A DNA stretch of 20,000 nt from an uncultured virus (IMG/VR IMGVR_UViG_3300030085_003517). Taxonomy: Duplodnaviria > Heunggongvirae > Uroviricota > Caudoviricetes. Positions 1 to 8,151 of this stretch are shown here, one piece after another. The stretch is taken from the IMG/VR virus record IMGVR_UViG_3300030085_003517; one strand, given 5' to 3'. Under the pieces are notes generated by a model. That model saw only the letters and a list, made by a program, of their open reading frames with translations. It did no database searches and had not been told where the DNA came from. The position numbers were made by a program, and so were the translations under genes. The number at the start of each line of letters is the position of its first letter. The stretch's first letter is position 1.

Positions 1-353
1 CTCTTAGGACCAGATGCAAATGCTGTGCCTGTCTTTTCATATATCATAGTATCATGCAAACGCATACCATGTGCATCCATAAAGTGTAAGCACTGACGAA
101 AACTACTGCCAGTTTCACTACCTTTTACCGTGGCATCATTGACATTCCACATAATAATACCGCCAGGTTTTAGCACTCGTGCTAATCCAGCAGCGACATC
201 TTTGAAGACGTTAAAATCCCATTTACTACTATCATTGTAGGTCCTGAGATCATCATAGGGAGGAGATGTGATGCAGAGGTCTACACTCTCTGCATCCATT
301 TGTTGCATCCCATCGACACAACTCATCAAATATGTGGTGTTAATATCAAGCAT
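1..353 (-). CDS. DNA methyltransferase, N4-cytosine/N6-adenine (beta-class, N6_N4_Mtase-like); 5' part only, runs off window
   Basis: Missing from the ORF track. Manual translation from ATG at 353: MLDINTTYLMSCVDGMQQMDAESVDLCITSPPYDDLRTY...LARVLKPGGIIMWNVND...LHDTMIYEK. It has catalytic motif IV (TSPPY) near the N-terminus and the typical RVLKPGG motif. The start overlaps the upstream stop (ATGCTTGA). Confidence 0.93.
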   Translation of the reverse strand, partial: MLDINTTYLMSCVDGMQQMDAESVDLCITSPPYDDLRTYNDSSKWDFNVFKDVAAGLARVLKPGGIIMWNVNDATVKGSETGSSFRQCLHFMDAHGMRLHDTMIYEKTGTAFASGPK

Positions 354-954
354 CGAGAGTTTCGTATTCAGAGTGGATATACTTTTTAGCGTTACGGATG
401 CTGCCGTAAATCACCTCAATCTTAGCACAATCTTGGGTGAGAATCTTCAGTGAAGAAAATCCGTTGTTATTCTTACCACGAGTCGTCACAGTATCATCCC
501 AACCACTACCATCTGAGAGGTTGGGGACATCAATTAGTGCTGCAAAGCATGAGGTGAAGATGTTACCAACGTTTTGCAGTTTCATGACAAAGTGAATATA
601 GTCCTTCACTTTGCTGTGGTTGTTACCAGTGGCGAAAGAGTCAGTTGACTCCATCAGTGACATTTTGTCTTCAACTTTAAACTCAATCTCTACACCATCC
701 TCAACAACATTGATCTCAGTATCGAAACCATCTGCGTTGACAAAGTTATAATCAATGCCTAGTTTTTCTGCTGCTCTCTTGAATGCAACTGGTTGGACAT
801 GTGACAGAAACTTAGTCTTATCAACTGTGCCACCCATGCCATCAAGATCTTTATCAATTACGTTGAGCATTTGAGTACAAATGCTTGTCATTTCGTTGAG
901 AGCAACAGGAATCAACTGGCGATAAGTCTTGCCGAGAGTTGTAGTTGGTGCCAT
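346..954 (-). CDS. Hypothetical protein (202 aa), possible PD-(D/E)xK-family restriction-type endonuclease
   Basis: ATG at 954 (MAPTTT...) preferred because the track's TTG start at 1005 lies in the -35 box. Contains ADGFD...KVEDK, resembling PD..(D/E)xK. Overlaps the MTase start by 8 bp. The CDS is well supported, the function is tentative. Confidence 0.55.
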   Translation of the reverse strand: MAPTTTLGKTYRQLIPVALNEMTSICTQMLNVIDKDLDGMGGTVDKTKFLSHVQPVAFKRAAEKLGIDYNFVNADGFDTEINVVEDGVEIEFKVEDKMSLMESTDSFATGNNHSKVKDYIHFVMKLQNVGNIFTSCFAALIDVPNLSDGSGWDDTVTTRGKNNNGFSSLKILTQDCAKIEVIYGSIRNAKKYIHSEYETLDA

Positions 955-976
955 GTGCTTTGTGTTGTATGAATAC

Positions 977-1005
977 AATATAAGGTAAAACGGGAGCAGA
1001 GTCAA
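977..1005 (-). promoter_or_regulatory. Sigma70-like early promoter TTGACT-N17-TATATT
   Basis: -35 at 1005-1000, -10 at 982-977, 17-bp spacer, in the intergenic gap 22 nt upstream of the ATG at 954. Confidence 0.8.
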
Positions 1006-1020
1006 GTGATGGTGGACAGT

Positions 1021-1644
1021 TTAGATAATGTCACCCATTGTATACTCTCTCTTCATCACTTTAAAGTTTCCACTAATAGTAACTCGACGAGAGTCTGATT
1101 TGTTAGGTGACACGAAGTGACCATATTGCGATGGGAATATAATAACTTTGTGCTGAGTATTCTCTGGTGTAAGTATCTCAAAGTTTGGTAATTCTACCAC
1201 ATCATGCAATCCATTTGCACGATTGAATTGCCATTCAGTATCAAAGAAATTAAAATCATCTCCCTCACACCTATGGAAATAGACCATGGATAGGTTACAC
1301 GATGGCATCGAATGATTGTGAAATTCCTGATGCTCATGCTTATTATATTTGTTAATCCATAAACCATCAGGTTTAATATCTACCTCACATTTCCATGACA
1401 TTTCATCTAGAAACTTCTGGAAGGTAGGTCTAAGCACATCCAACCATTTTGACACAAGATAATTATCTTCACCTCTTTGTGTGGTTGATGCTGTCATCAT
1501 GCAAAACTTTGACCATTCTGGTTGCTCACCCCAGAAGGATTTATCATCTAGCAGAGGATCAATGATCTCTTTTGATTGTTTTATCTGTTCATCAGAAAAG
1601 GAATCCCAAAAATACCATTTGGGATTCCAATACTCAATAGTCAT
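1021..1644 (-). CDS. Putative 2OG-Fe(II) oxygenase (TIGR02466-like, HxH type)
   Basis: WINKY...FHNH...LSMVYF...IIFPSQYGHFV...RRVTISGN pattern of the double-stranded beta-helix fold. Confidence 0.85.
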   Translation of the reverse strand: MTIEYWNPKWYFWDSFSDEQIKQSKEIIDPLLDDKSFWGEQPEWSKFCMMTASTTQRGEDNYLVSKWLDVLRPTFQKFLDEMSWKCEVDIKPDGLWINKYNKHEHQEFHNHSMPSCNLSMVYFHRCEGDDFNFFDTEWQFNRANGLHDVVELPNFEILTPENTQHKVIIFPSQYGHFVSPNKSDSRRVTISGNFKVMKREYTMGDII

Positions 1645-1835
1645 CTATACAATTCAGTCAAATGTAATTTGTCAACGATAGACTCTACCTCCTTCATTTT
1701 GTTAAGGTAGACTTTTTCTTCAATTAGTTTATCACCATAGTATCGTTTCTGCAAGTCAGAAACATACAAAAACAATGCATCCTTCAAAATCATTTTCTCG
1801 TCTTTATTAAGGAGAGCAGAGTGGAGTCCGATCAT
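1641..1835 (-). CDS. Small hypothetical phage protein (64 aa)
   Basis: ATG at 1835 overlaps the upstream stop (TAATG) and its stop overlaps the next ATG (ATGA). Sequence MIGLHSALLNKDEKMILKDALFLY... Confidence 0.75.
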   Translation of the reverse strand: MIGLHSALLNKDEKMILKDALFLYVSDLQKRYYGDKLIEEKVYLNKMKEVESIVDKLHLTELYR

Positions 1836-2020
1836 TAGTCGTCGTGGCGGAGTGTTTTGAGGTAGTCCAACACATAAGAGCGAATGTACATCAACTCGTG
1901 ATAACACTTTTGATTGTGAGCACACTGACGCAGAGAGTGATCGGGTTTCAATACAGATTCCATGAATAAATCAAGTCCTCTGTTGAATTTAACTGCCTGC
2001 GATTCGTTGTCGAAGTCCAT
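1835..2020 (-). CDS. Small hypothetical phage protein (61 aa)
   Basis: ATG-start ORF tightly packed between its neighbours (5-bp gap upstream, 1-bp overlap downstream). Confidence 0.75.
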   Translation of the reverse strand: MDFDNESQAVKFNRGLDLFMESVLKPDHSLRQCAHNQKCYHELMYIRSYVLDYLKTLRHDD

Positions 2021-2025
2021 GTAAT

Positions 2026-2145
2026 CTAGTCTTGTACTGTGTAGTCCAGGTCGTAGTCTACCTCAGATAAATCATCAAACTCAATTTCTTCAGATTCTCT
2101 TTGGAATTCTTCAGTGAGTTGTTGAAACATCTCGTCTTCATTCAT
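2026..2145 (-). CDS. Very acidic 39-aa peptide
   Basis: Below the track cut-off. MNEDEMFQQLTEEFQRESEEIEFDDLSEVDYDLDYTVQD. ATGA overlap with the upstream gene, GAGG Shine-Dalgarno 7 nt before the ATG, and it exactly fills the gap. Confidence 0.75.
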   Translation of the reverse strand: MNEDEMFQQLTEEFQRESEEIEFDDLSEVDYDLDYTVQD

Positions 2146-2336
2146 GTCCAATCCTCATTAGTGTCAAACGTATCCTTATACTTATTACGTTTTTTGGGAT
2201 CTTGTTTCATATTGTAGGAAGAAGAATCATCAAACTCCCAATTGCGATTAGTGCCACGTTGACGCTTGTCCCGAAGTGATTTACCTGGGGAATAGTAACC
2301 ACGCTCGTTTCCACCGCGTCGGAATGTTTTACCCAT
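2142..2336 (-). CDS. Small protein with basic N-terminus (64 aa)
   Basis: MGKTFRRGGNERGYYSPGKSLRDKRQRG...; Arg/Lys-rich, stop coupled to the next start. Confidence 0.75.
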   Translation of the reverse strand: MGKTFRRGGNERGYYSPGKSLRDKRQRGTNRNWEFDDSSSYNMKQDPKKRNKYKDTFDTNEDWT

Positions 2337-2376
2337 GAGTCAGTTGTGAATGAATAATAAACTACTGTATTATATA

Positions 2377-2628
2377 TTAACGATCGAGAATGTTGTCGTT
2401 GTAGATACTGCGGTAGTCATCTTCCAACAGCATTTGCACTTCACTAGACATTTCGCCGTCATCTTGAGAGTTTTCTGGATATGTTTGCACTTCCAATTCT
2501 TCAAAGACGAAACCTACGCCATGCAGGAAATCTTGAGTCTTAGAAACTACGTCATCGAGATACATACCATCGAATTCTTTGCGGGTGAGGGTGCCATCCT
2601 CGTCTCGGCAAGTTAGAGTGAATTGCAT
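2377..2628 (-). CDS. Hypothetical acidic phage protein (83 aa)
   Basis: ATG-start ORF 23 nt downstream of a sigma70-like -10 box; core LDDVVSKTQDFLHGVGF. Confidence 0.8.
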   Translation of the reverse strand: MQFTLTCRDEDGTLTRKEFDGMYLDDVVSKTQDFLHGVGFVFEELEVQTYPENSQDDGEMSSEVQMLLEDDYRSIYNDNILDR

Positions 2629-2645
2629 TGTCTTTATTTGTGGAC

Positions 2646-3221
2646 TTAATCACTATACAGCATATCTTTGGCAGTTGTCAACTGTTTGTGACACTCATTT
2701 TGCTGGCACAGTGACTCTCTCATGTCCAATGCCCAATCACTGTATGGACCATCTGCATCGACATACATTAACATTGCCTGCACATGTCTCTGTCCAGTGT
2801 AACGATCACGCCAGTGTGGGTATTCAATACCCTTGTAAATGCAGATGTCACCTACATTTAACTCCACTTCAATCTCATCATAATCCTTTGCAAAATGTAG
2901 TGCCCAAGGATCTTCTTTGTATAGGCAACATGTGACCGCCCATTCACTACTAGGACGGTCTGTGTGGCGTGGTAGGACACAATCATGCCCATATATCCTG
3001 CCATAAGAATAAGTGTGATACAGACGCTTCTTGACTACATCCTCAATCAATTCATGTGACTGGACTAACAGTGACTCAAGAAAGATTGGAGCATAATAAC
3101 CAAATGCATTCTCTAATGTTGGGTCTCCAGGATATCCTAATGCCTTATTAAGTAAGTCCATGTTGATAGTCATCAGATCACAGACTTGCTTGGAGAGAGC
3201 GTTACGTACAATTTTAATCAT
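2646..3221 (-). CDS. 2OG-Fe(II) oxygenase-like protein
   Basis: LPRHTDRPSSE (HxD) ... GDICIYKGIEYPHWR (distal His). Confidence 0.85.
   Translation of the reverse strand: MIKIVRNALSKQVCDLMTINMDLLNKALGYPGDPTLENAFGYYAPIFLESLLVQSHELIEDVVKKRLYHTYSYGRIYGHDCVLPRHTDRPSSEWAVTCCLYKEDPWALHFAKDYDEIEVELNVGDICIYKGIEYPHWRDRYTGQRHVQAMLMYVDADGPYSDWALDMRESLCQQNECHKQLTTAKDMLYSD
2652..2681 (-). promoter_or_regulatory. Sigma70-like early promoter TTGACA-N18-TATAGT embedded in the 3' end of the upstream oxygenase gene
   Basis: Consensus -35 at 2681-2676, -10 at 2657-2652, 18-bp spacer, just upstream of the ATG at 2628. Confidence 0.7.
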
Positions 3222-3802
3222 AGTCCCAGATTCATGTTAATGACACAGCGATAGGGGTGCTTCTTTGTAAATGAAGATGCATGATAGTGTCTACCATCAA
3301 ACACAACCAATCTCCCTTTCTTTGGTGTTACTCTCTTGGCAACAGTCCATTCATTTCTTCGTGTGATCATTTCATCTTCTTCATATGTGCGTGTCTCATT
3401 ACGTTGCTCAAATATAAATGTGTCACCATCACAAGTGTTGACATAGTAGATAGCAACCAAGTGTGGCAACATGTTATCTACATGTGGTAGATGATGCTCC
3501 ATTTTAGTATGAGGATTGCCCTGCACAAAGTTAAACCTCATGCGAACAAGTTCGTTAAATCTCACACCAGTCCTACCCGTGATGCTTAGCACCATTGGAT
3601 ACAATGTGGTGAAATACTTTGAGATCTGGTGCCGATCTTCATACAGTTGATGAGCAAAACCATTGACATTTTCATCATTGTCAAATACATCACGAGGATC
3701 TACAATATTTTTTCTATAAAACAGAGGAAAATCCTCCTGCATTGTCAACTCATGAATGTAGTTTTGATAGTCCTTTTCAATTACATTATCAATAACAATC
3801 AT
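3218..3802 (-). CDS. 2OG-Fe(II) oxygenase
   Basis: PHVD...AIYYVNTCDGDT...GRLVVFDGRHYHASS...RCVINMN: HxD...H triad plus 2OG-binding Arg. Confidence 0.9.
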   Translation of the reverse strand: MIVIDNVIEKDYQNYIHELTMQEDFPLFYRKNIVDPRDVFDNDENVNGFAHQLYEDRHQISKYFTTLYPMVLSITGRTGVRFNELVRMRFNFVQGNPHTKMEHHLPHVDNMLPHLVAIYYVNTCDGDTFIFEQRNETRTYEEDEMITRRNEWTVAKRVTPKKGRLVVFDGRHYHASSFTKKHPYRCVINMNLGL

Positions 3803-4410
3803 ACTGCCTCCCCAAAAAATACCATAGTCAATCGTGACGACTCTCTGTCATTACCAAAGAAATTATTTGCTGAGTGCCATGTCTTCGAGTTGAAGATATT
3901 GCAGCGGTTAAATCTATTCTCAACCACAATGTTTGGTGTCCATTTGTTTCTATGCTCCTCACGATACCTTTCGTATTTGTTATGCTCTTTTGGATCGTCA
4001 GAGTTTACCTCTAACCTAAACATTTCAGCATACTCTCTACCATTCACATCTGGTTGATAGTCATAAAATGTTGTGCCACATCCTTGACGTTGTTGATCAG
4101 GATTCAGATAGATTAGACCAGCAACATTATACTTCACATCGTCATCATGCACCCACCCAGATCCATAAGACTCATCAATAATTTGAAACCCTGCCTCAAT
4201 ATATCTGAATGTATCGTATTGCTTAGGTAAGAAACTCATCAGTTTGGCACAGAACTGATGAAAGAAAACATTGTCCAACTCATCTACAAATTTGGTGCGT
4301 AATCCTGGCCAATTTCCTCTATCGCCCTTGAAAAACTCCTGCTGTAGTGCAAAGTTACGGACGAGAGTTGGATTCTCAAAGAAATTATCAACAGTGATAT
4401 TTGGTATCAT
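3799..4410 (-). CDS. 2OG-Fe(II) oxygenase-like protein (DUF6445-like)
   Basis: VDNFFENPTLVRNFAL...WPGLR...WVHDD...AGLIYLNP...GTTFY...NRFNRCNIFNSKTWHSA...RLTMVFF. Confidence 0.85.
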   Translation of the reverse strand: MIPNITVDNFFENPTLVRNFALQQEFFKGDRGNWPGLRTKFVDELDNVFFHQFCAKLMSFLPKQYDTFRYIEAGFQIIDESYGSGWVHDDDVKYNVAGLIYLNPDQQRQGCGTTFYDYQPDVNGREYAEMFRLEVNSDDPKEHNKYERYREEHRNKWTPNIVVENRFNRCNIFNSKTWHSANNFFGNDRESSRLTMVFFGEAV

Positions 4411-4925
4411 TTTGCTGTAAAATTATATGTGCAAACAAAGCGAGAAGGTGAGTCTTTAGGGCAACTACTAGCGTGCTCATACTTACCATCAAACACCACA
4501 AGTCTATTCTTCTTGGGTGATACTTCCTCTAGACCATCTGGTGTCCAAATATATGTTGGACCATCACAGTCATTGATATAATATAGTCCCACTTTGTGTG
4601 GGAATGGGAAGTCAACATGCTTGTTATTTACACCAGTATTGTTTGACAATAGGCAACCCAATCTTATCCTGTGTAGTTTACTAATCTCTTGACCTTTGAT
4701 GTCAAGATACTCTGCAAGTGGTGGATAGAATGTATTAACATGTGGTCCACCTTCACCGTCCTGATATAACAAGTGAGTAAATCCTGGGACGTTGACACCT
4801 TCTTTGCCGAGAGTTTCGTATGTAACATCATGCAGATAATGCCATTCAAAACTCATGTGAGTAACAATCTCATTCAAGAGTTTGTTATAAGATCTAGGCA
4901 TTATGTCATCGTATACCTCAATCAT
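4407..4925 (-). CDS. 2OG-Fe(II) oxygenase
   Basis: Start at ATG 4925 (MIEVYDD, 8-bp overlap with the upstream stop). KHVD...LYYINDCDGPT...NRLVVFDGKYEHASS...RFVCTYN; paralog of 3218-3802. Confidence 0.88.
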   Translation of the reverse strand: MIEVYDDIMPRSYNKLLNEIVTHMSFEWHYLHDVTYETLGKEGVNVPGFTHLLYQDGEGGPHVNTFYPPLAEYLDIKGQEISKLHRIRLGCLLSNNTGVNNKHVDFPFPHKVGLYYINDCDGPTYIWTPDGLEEVSPKKNRLVVFDGKYEHASSCPKDSPSRFVCTYNFTAK

Positions 4926-5532
4926 ATGAAAACCATCCTGTTGCAACAATTTTTTCGTGATCGTGTGAGACTCTACCACGATGCACATGTGTCCAGTCTG
5001 CGGGCCAAATAACCGTCAAACCTTTCTGTGCTTCAACATATTTATCCTGATGAAACCACTCGGTCCCACCATTAGGCACGTCATTTAAGTATGTCATGTA
5101 TACCAAGTGACGAATGTTTTGAGTGTAATCATTCTGTGTCCTTTCAGAATGCCATGTCTTAAATCCACCGCCCTTGGGATACTTCTGCACACTGATAGGT
5201 TCTCTCACACTAAAAGCAGAAAACTCAGAGAAAGGAAACTTCTCAATGTATTTGTATAATACCACCTGCAATTCAGCAAAGTAATTAACAACTGATGGGT
5301 GTTTACATTGACATGGAATACCCACATCCATTGACTCTTTGATGTTAGGAATGACCATCATTTGGTTACCATGAAATGTCCTACCTTCGACCTTCCAAAA
5401 CATATCTTGGGTCTCATAAAAATCTACTAATGCATCACAAGCATCAGTAGAGATAAAATCTCCCCAGATGAAATCTGTTGACCGTTGACATATTTTGTCA
5501 CGGTGCATTGTAATTTGAGTTTCTTCAGGCAT
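4918..5532 (-). CDS. 2OG-Fe(II) oxygenase (prolyl-4-hydroxylase-like subfamily)
   Basis: QKYPKGGGFKTWHSE (HxE)...RHLVYMTYLNDVPNGGTEW...IWPADWTHVHRG...KIVATGW. Confidence 0.92.
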   Translation of the reverse strand: MPEETQITMHRDKICQRSTDFIWGDFISTDACDALVDFYETQDMFWKVEGRTFHGNQMMVIPNIKESMDVGIPCQCKHPSVVNYFAELQVVLYKYIEKFPFSEFSAFSVREPISVQKYPKGGGFKTWHSERTQNDYTQNIRHLVYMTYLNDVPNGGTEWFHQDKYVEAQKGLTVIWPADWTHVHRGRVSHDHEKIVATGWFSYD

Positions 5533-6235
5533 GGTAGATGGGATAATAGTTACGATCAGATGTTTGTGTGCTGTTTGGCATTCTAGTCCAGCAAGGTATA
5601 CTCATTGATAGACGCTCACCTCTAGGAAATGCACAGTGATATGCTCTCGATGGGATATAAAGTGCGTCTCCTGGTTGTAGTGTAACATGCAAGTCAACCT
5701 CTAAATTCTCTTCACGAATTTGATCTTGTAAGAATCCTGTCTGCAACATACTAGAGATACGATTCTTATATATTTTCCACTCAGTCTCTCCCTCTACCTG
5801 AATAATAAAGTTTGAGGGATAGTCATCATGAATGTTAAATGATTTGGATCCTTCTTTACCACCATAGACATGAATTGCACAGTCAACAGCAAAAATAGAC
5901 TCAAAAGTTTTCAGCAACTCTTGAGTCTCTCTACTATGGAAACCATAATTCATGATGATAAATGTGTGACCATGATTGATGTGAGATACTAACTGCCGTG
6001 CATCTTGCACAGTTTTATCATACACCCACGACCTAACATGTCGATCAATGTTTACCTTATTGTTTTCATGATCGATCATCTCAAACTCATAAAAAGCAGG
6101 ATTGTTTGCACAATACTCTACATCACCCCATGTTAAAAACTGTAGAGGATTTGCCAACAGTTTAGGAAAATGATAGGCACGATCTTCCCACAGAAAGTTT
6201 GCCTCATTTACAAGTCTTTGTCCAATATCATTCAT
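5525..6235 (-). CDS. JmjC/cupin_4-like (ribosomal oxygenase-like) protein hydroxylase
   Basis: SFNIHDD...NFIIQVEGETEW...LQPGDALYIPSRAYHCA...RLSMSI, the characteristic JmjC/cupin_4 pattern. Confidence 0.88.
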   Translation of the reverse strand: MNDIGQRLVNEANFLWEDRAYHFPKLLANPLQFLTWGDVEYCANNPAFYEFEMIDHENNKVNIDRHVRSWVYDKTVQDARQLVSHINHGHTFIIMNYGFHSRETQELLKTFESIFAVDCAIHVYGGKEGSKSFNIHDDYPSNFIIQVEGETEWKIYKNRISSMLQTGFLQDQIREENLEVDLHVTLQPGDALYIPSRAYHCAFPRGERLSMSIPCWTRMPNSTQTSDRNYYPIYHA

Positions 6236-6812
6236 TTTTCATCAATGCCATGTTGAATGCAATAGACACGCGATCTTCATCATCCTCGTTCTCATCCACT
6301 GCGTGAAGTAGATTAGATGGAAACAACAACAGACGACCAGTTTTTGCAGGATAATATACTGTGCCACCAGAAAGTGCAGTGTGCTTCTCAATGGGTGCCA
6401 TACTTGTAGATATAAAGTATTGATCGAAATTCTTATAGAAGAAGATCTTACCAGCACCCTCACTTGCATAGGGATAGTATACACCAGAGACAAAAGATCC
6501 ATGGTGTAAGTGAATCTGATTGGTGTTGCCCCTGGTGTTAATGTTTGCCCAACAGTTACCAAAAAACATACCAACTACAGCAGGATCCATGCCATAGTCT
6601 AGTATACAACGACCAGCATTTTTATATACTTCAGTCCGCAATTCTTCAATATCATCGGAGGGAAACTCTTCCGACTGCCATCCACCACGATTGCTAACTT
6701 TACGACCTTCAGACTTATCTCTCATGTCGTAGATATATTTCAGCAAGTAATCATTGTCAATGTCAAGATCAACCCACCAGATAGGAGTAGGAAAATAAAA
6801 GTCTAGATTCAT
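6228..6812 (-). CDS. Putative 2OG-Fe(II) oxygenase (TIGR02466 family)
   Basis: FPTPIW...SNRGGWQS...WANIN...NQIHLH...VSGVYY...LLLFPSNLLHAV...RVSIAFN. Confidence 0.92.
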   Translation of the reverse strand: MNLDFYFPTPIWWVDLDIDNDYLLKYIYDMRDKSEGRKVSNRGGWQSEEFPSDDIEELRTEVYKNAGRCILDYGMDPAVVGMFFGNCWANINTRGNTNQIHLHHGSFVSGVYYPYASEGAGKIFFYKNFDQYFISTSMAPIEKHTALSGGTVYYPAKTGRLLLFPSNLLHAVDENEDDEDRVSIAFNMALMKNE

Positions 6813-7363
6813 AACTGAATGGGAATAAAACTAAAGTTTTCTGAGATAGTATCACTCAACTGTAGATCGAAACCAAGGGTAATTCTTTCATCATCAAAAT
6901 CTTCTTTCACCTCTACATGATGGTGCATTCTACCAGGACCAATGTAAATTTGCAAGGGTTTGTTTTCAACACGCCAAACTTCATTACCATTCTCACCATC
7001 AGTGAAAACAGTATCAGTCTTTTGATTAGTTAGTGTGATATATCCATGAATAGGATAATCATGAGAATGCGACTTCAATACATCATCTTGCCTGTGAAAG
7101 TTGATCCATGATTGTAACCATACCTGCTCATCAGGTAGACCATTCAACTCAGCATAATCTCTGACACAATCTACAACTTGAGTATACAAATCATATGTTG
7201 CTTGATTGCATGATGCAATAGAGAAAAAGTTATACAAATAATAAAACTCTGTTGCATGTTCTCTACCACCAAACAGATGCTCAAACTTTGCAACAGATAG
7301 TTTTACATACTCACACAATTTTTGTTGATCAAGGTTGTCTAGTTGATATACTTTGTGTTTCAT
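6809..7363 (-). CDS. Putative 2OG-Fe(II) oxygenase/cupin-fold protein
   Basis: QSWINFH...LKSHSH...HGYI...IYIGPGRMHHHV...RITLGFD. Confidence 0.8.
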   Translation of the reverse strand: MKHKVYQLDNLDQQKLCEYVKLSVAKFEHLFGGREHATEFYYLYNFFSIASCNQATYDLYTQVVDCVRDYAELNGLPDEQVWLQSWINFHRQDDVLKSHSHDYPIHGYITLTNQKTDTVFTDGENGNEVWRVENKPLQIYIGPGRMHHHVEVKEDFDDERITLGFDLQLSDTISENFSFIPIQL

Positions 7364-8151
7364 AATCTAGTCAGTTGGTATGCATGTGACCATCTAAATC
7401 CGACAGTCTTATCAATAAATGGGGTGTGGGAAACTTCTGTGCTGTAGAATGTAATCTTATCTTTGATTGCAGGAGCAAGACCAACTCTTTCAAATCCCCA
7501 ATAAGTTTCTTCTTCTACAGTTAATGGCATAAGACCAGGCAGTCTTTTCTTATACTTAGAAAGATCCTTACAGTCTTCAAATCGTGGATGATCAGGATTT
7601 ACCTGATGCTCATAATACATGTGATGATCAACAGAATCCCGCAAGATCTCACCATGATACCTATACAACATCGTGCCAGTTGTGCCAGGTTCGTGATCAG
7701 TAAACCAGAGATTGCCCACGATCCCATCAGGACCATCCATATGTGGCAGTCTAAAGTAATCCCATGGTCTGTAATCCTCAGGGAAATATAGATTACCCCA
7801 CTCGCTATAATCTACGCCCCTAAACTCAGGGAAATGATCAGAAAAATACTCACGAAAGAGATTAAAGAGATCAATACAACACCACCCAGGAAGATGAATA
7901 GTTGCAAAAGGATTTGCATCGTCACATTCTTCATAGTTAGTATCACCTACGATTGGAAAGTTTCTAACTAATCTACGATACAGTTTCATACCATCATCGT
8001 AGAAAGGATTATCAGCAACCCAATAACCAATCCCACCAGATAGTTTGACATATTCTACATTCCAATCTTCCAACTTCTTCACCCTGATATGCTCAGAGAA
8101 GTCATCTTTACTTGGAAATGTGCGTCTAAATCCTAAATTTGTTTTGTACAT
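7360..8151 (-). CDS. Divergent 2OG-Fe(II) oxygenase-like protein (DUF6445-like)
   Basis: ATG at 8151 (alternative TTG at 8157). VADNPF...RLPHMD...VGNLWF...TGTMLY...ITFYSTEVSHTP...FRWSH. Confidence 0.72.
   Translation of the reverse strand: MYKTNLGFRRTFPSKDDFSEHIRVKKLEDWNVEYVKLSGGIGYWVADNPFYDDGMKLYRRLVRNFPIVGDTNYEECDDANPFATIHLPGWCCIDLFNLFREYFSDHFPEFRGVDYSEWGNLYFPEDYRPWDYFRLPHMDGPDGIVGNLWFTDHEPGTTGTMLYRYHGEILRDSVDHHMYYEHQVNPDHPRFEDCKDLSKYKKRLPGLMPLTVEEETYWGFERVGLAPAIKDKITFYSTEVSHTPFIDKTVGFRWSHAYQLTRL

Noticed and set aside
955..1005. N-terminal extension of the 346-1005 ORF from a TTG start
   Set aside because: The extension coincides with the -35/-10 promoter boxes; ATG at 954 is more plausible.
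1836..1925. Extended start of ORF 1641-1925 (and similarly 4926-4988 of ORF 4407-4988)
   Set aside because: Would overlap upstream genes extensively; coupled ATGs at 1835 and 4925 fit better.
2345..2400. TATAAT at 2374-2369 (minus strand) as a promoter for the 64-aa gene
   Set aside because: No acceptable -35 at 16-18 bp and the region is AT-rich; possible but unsupported.
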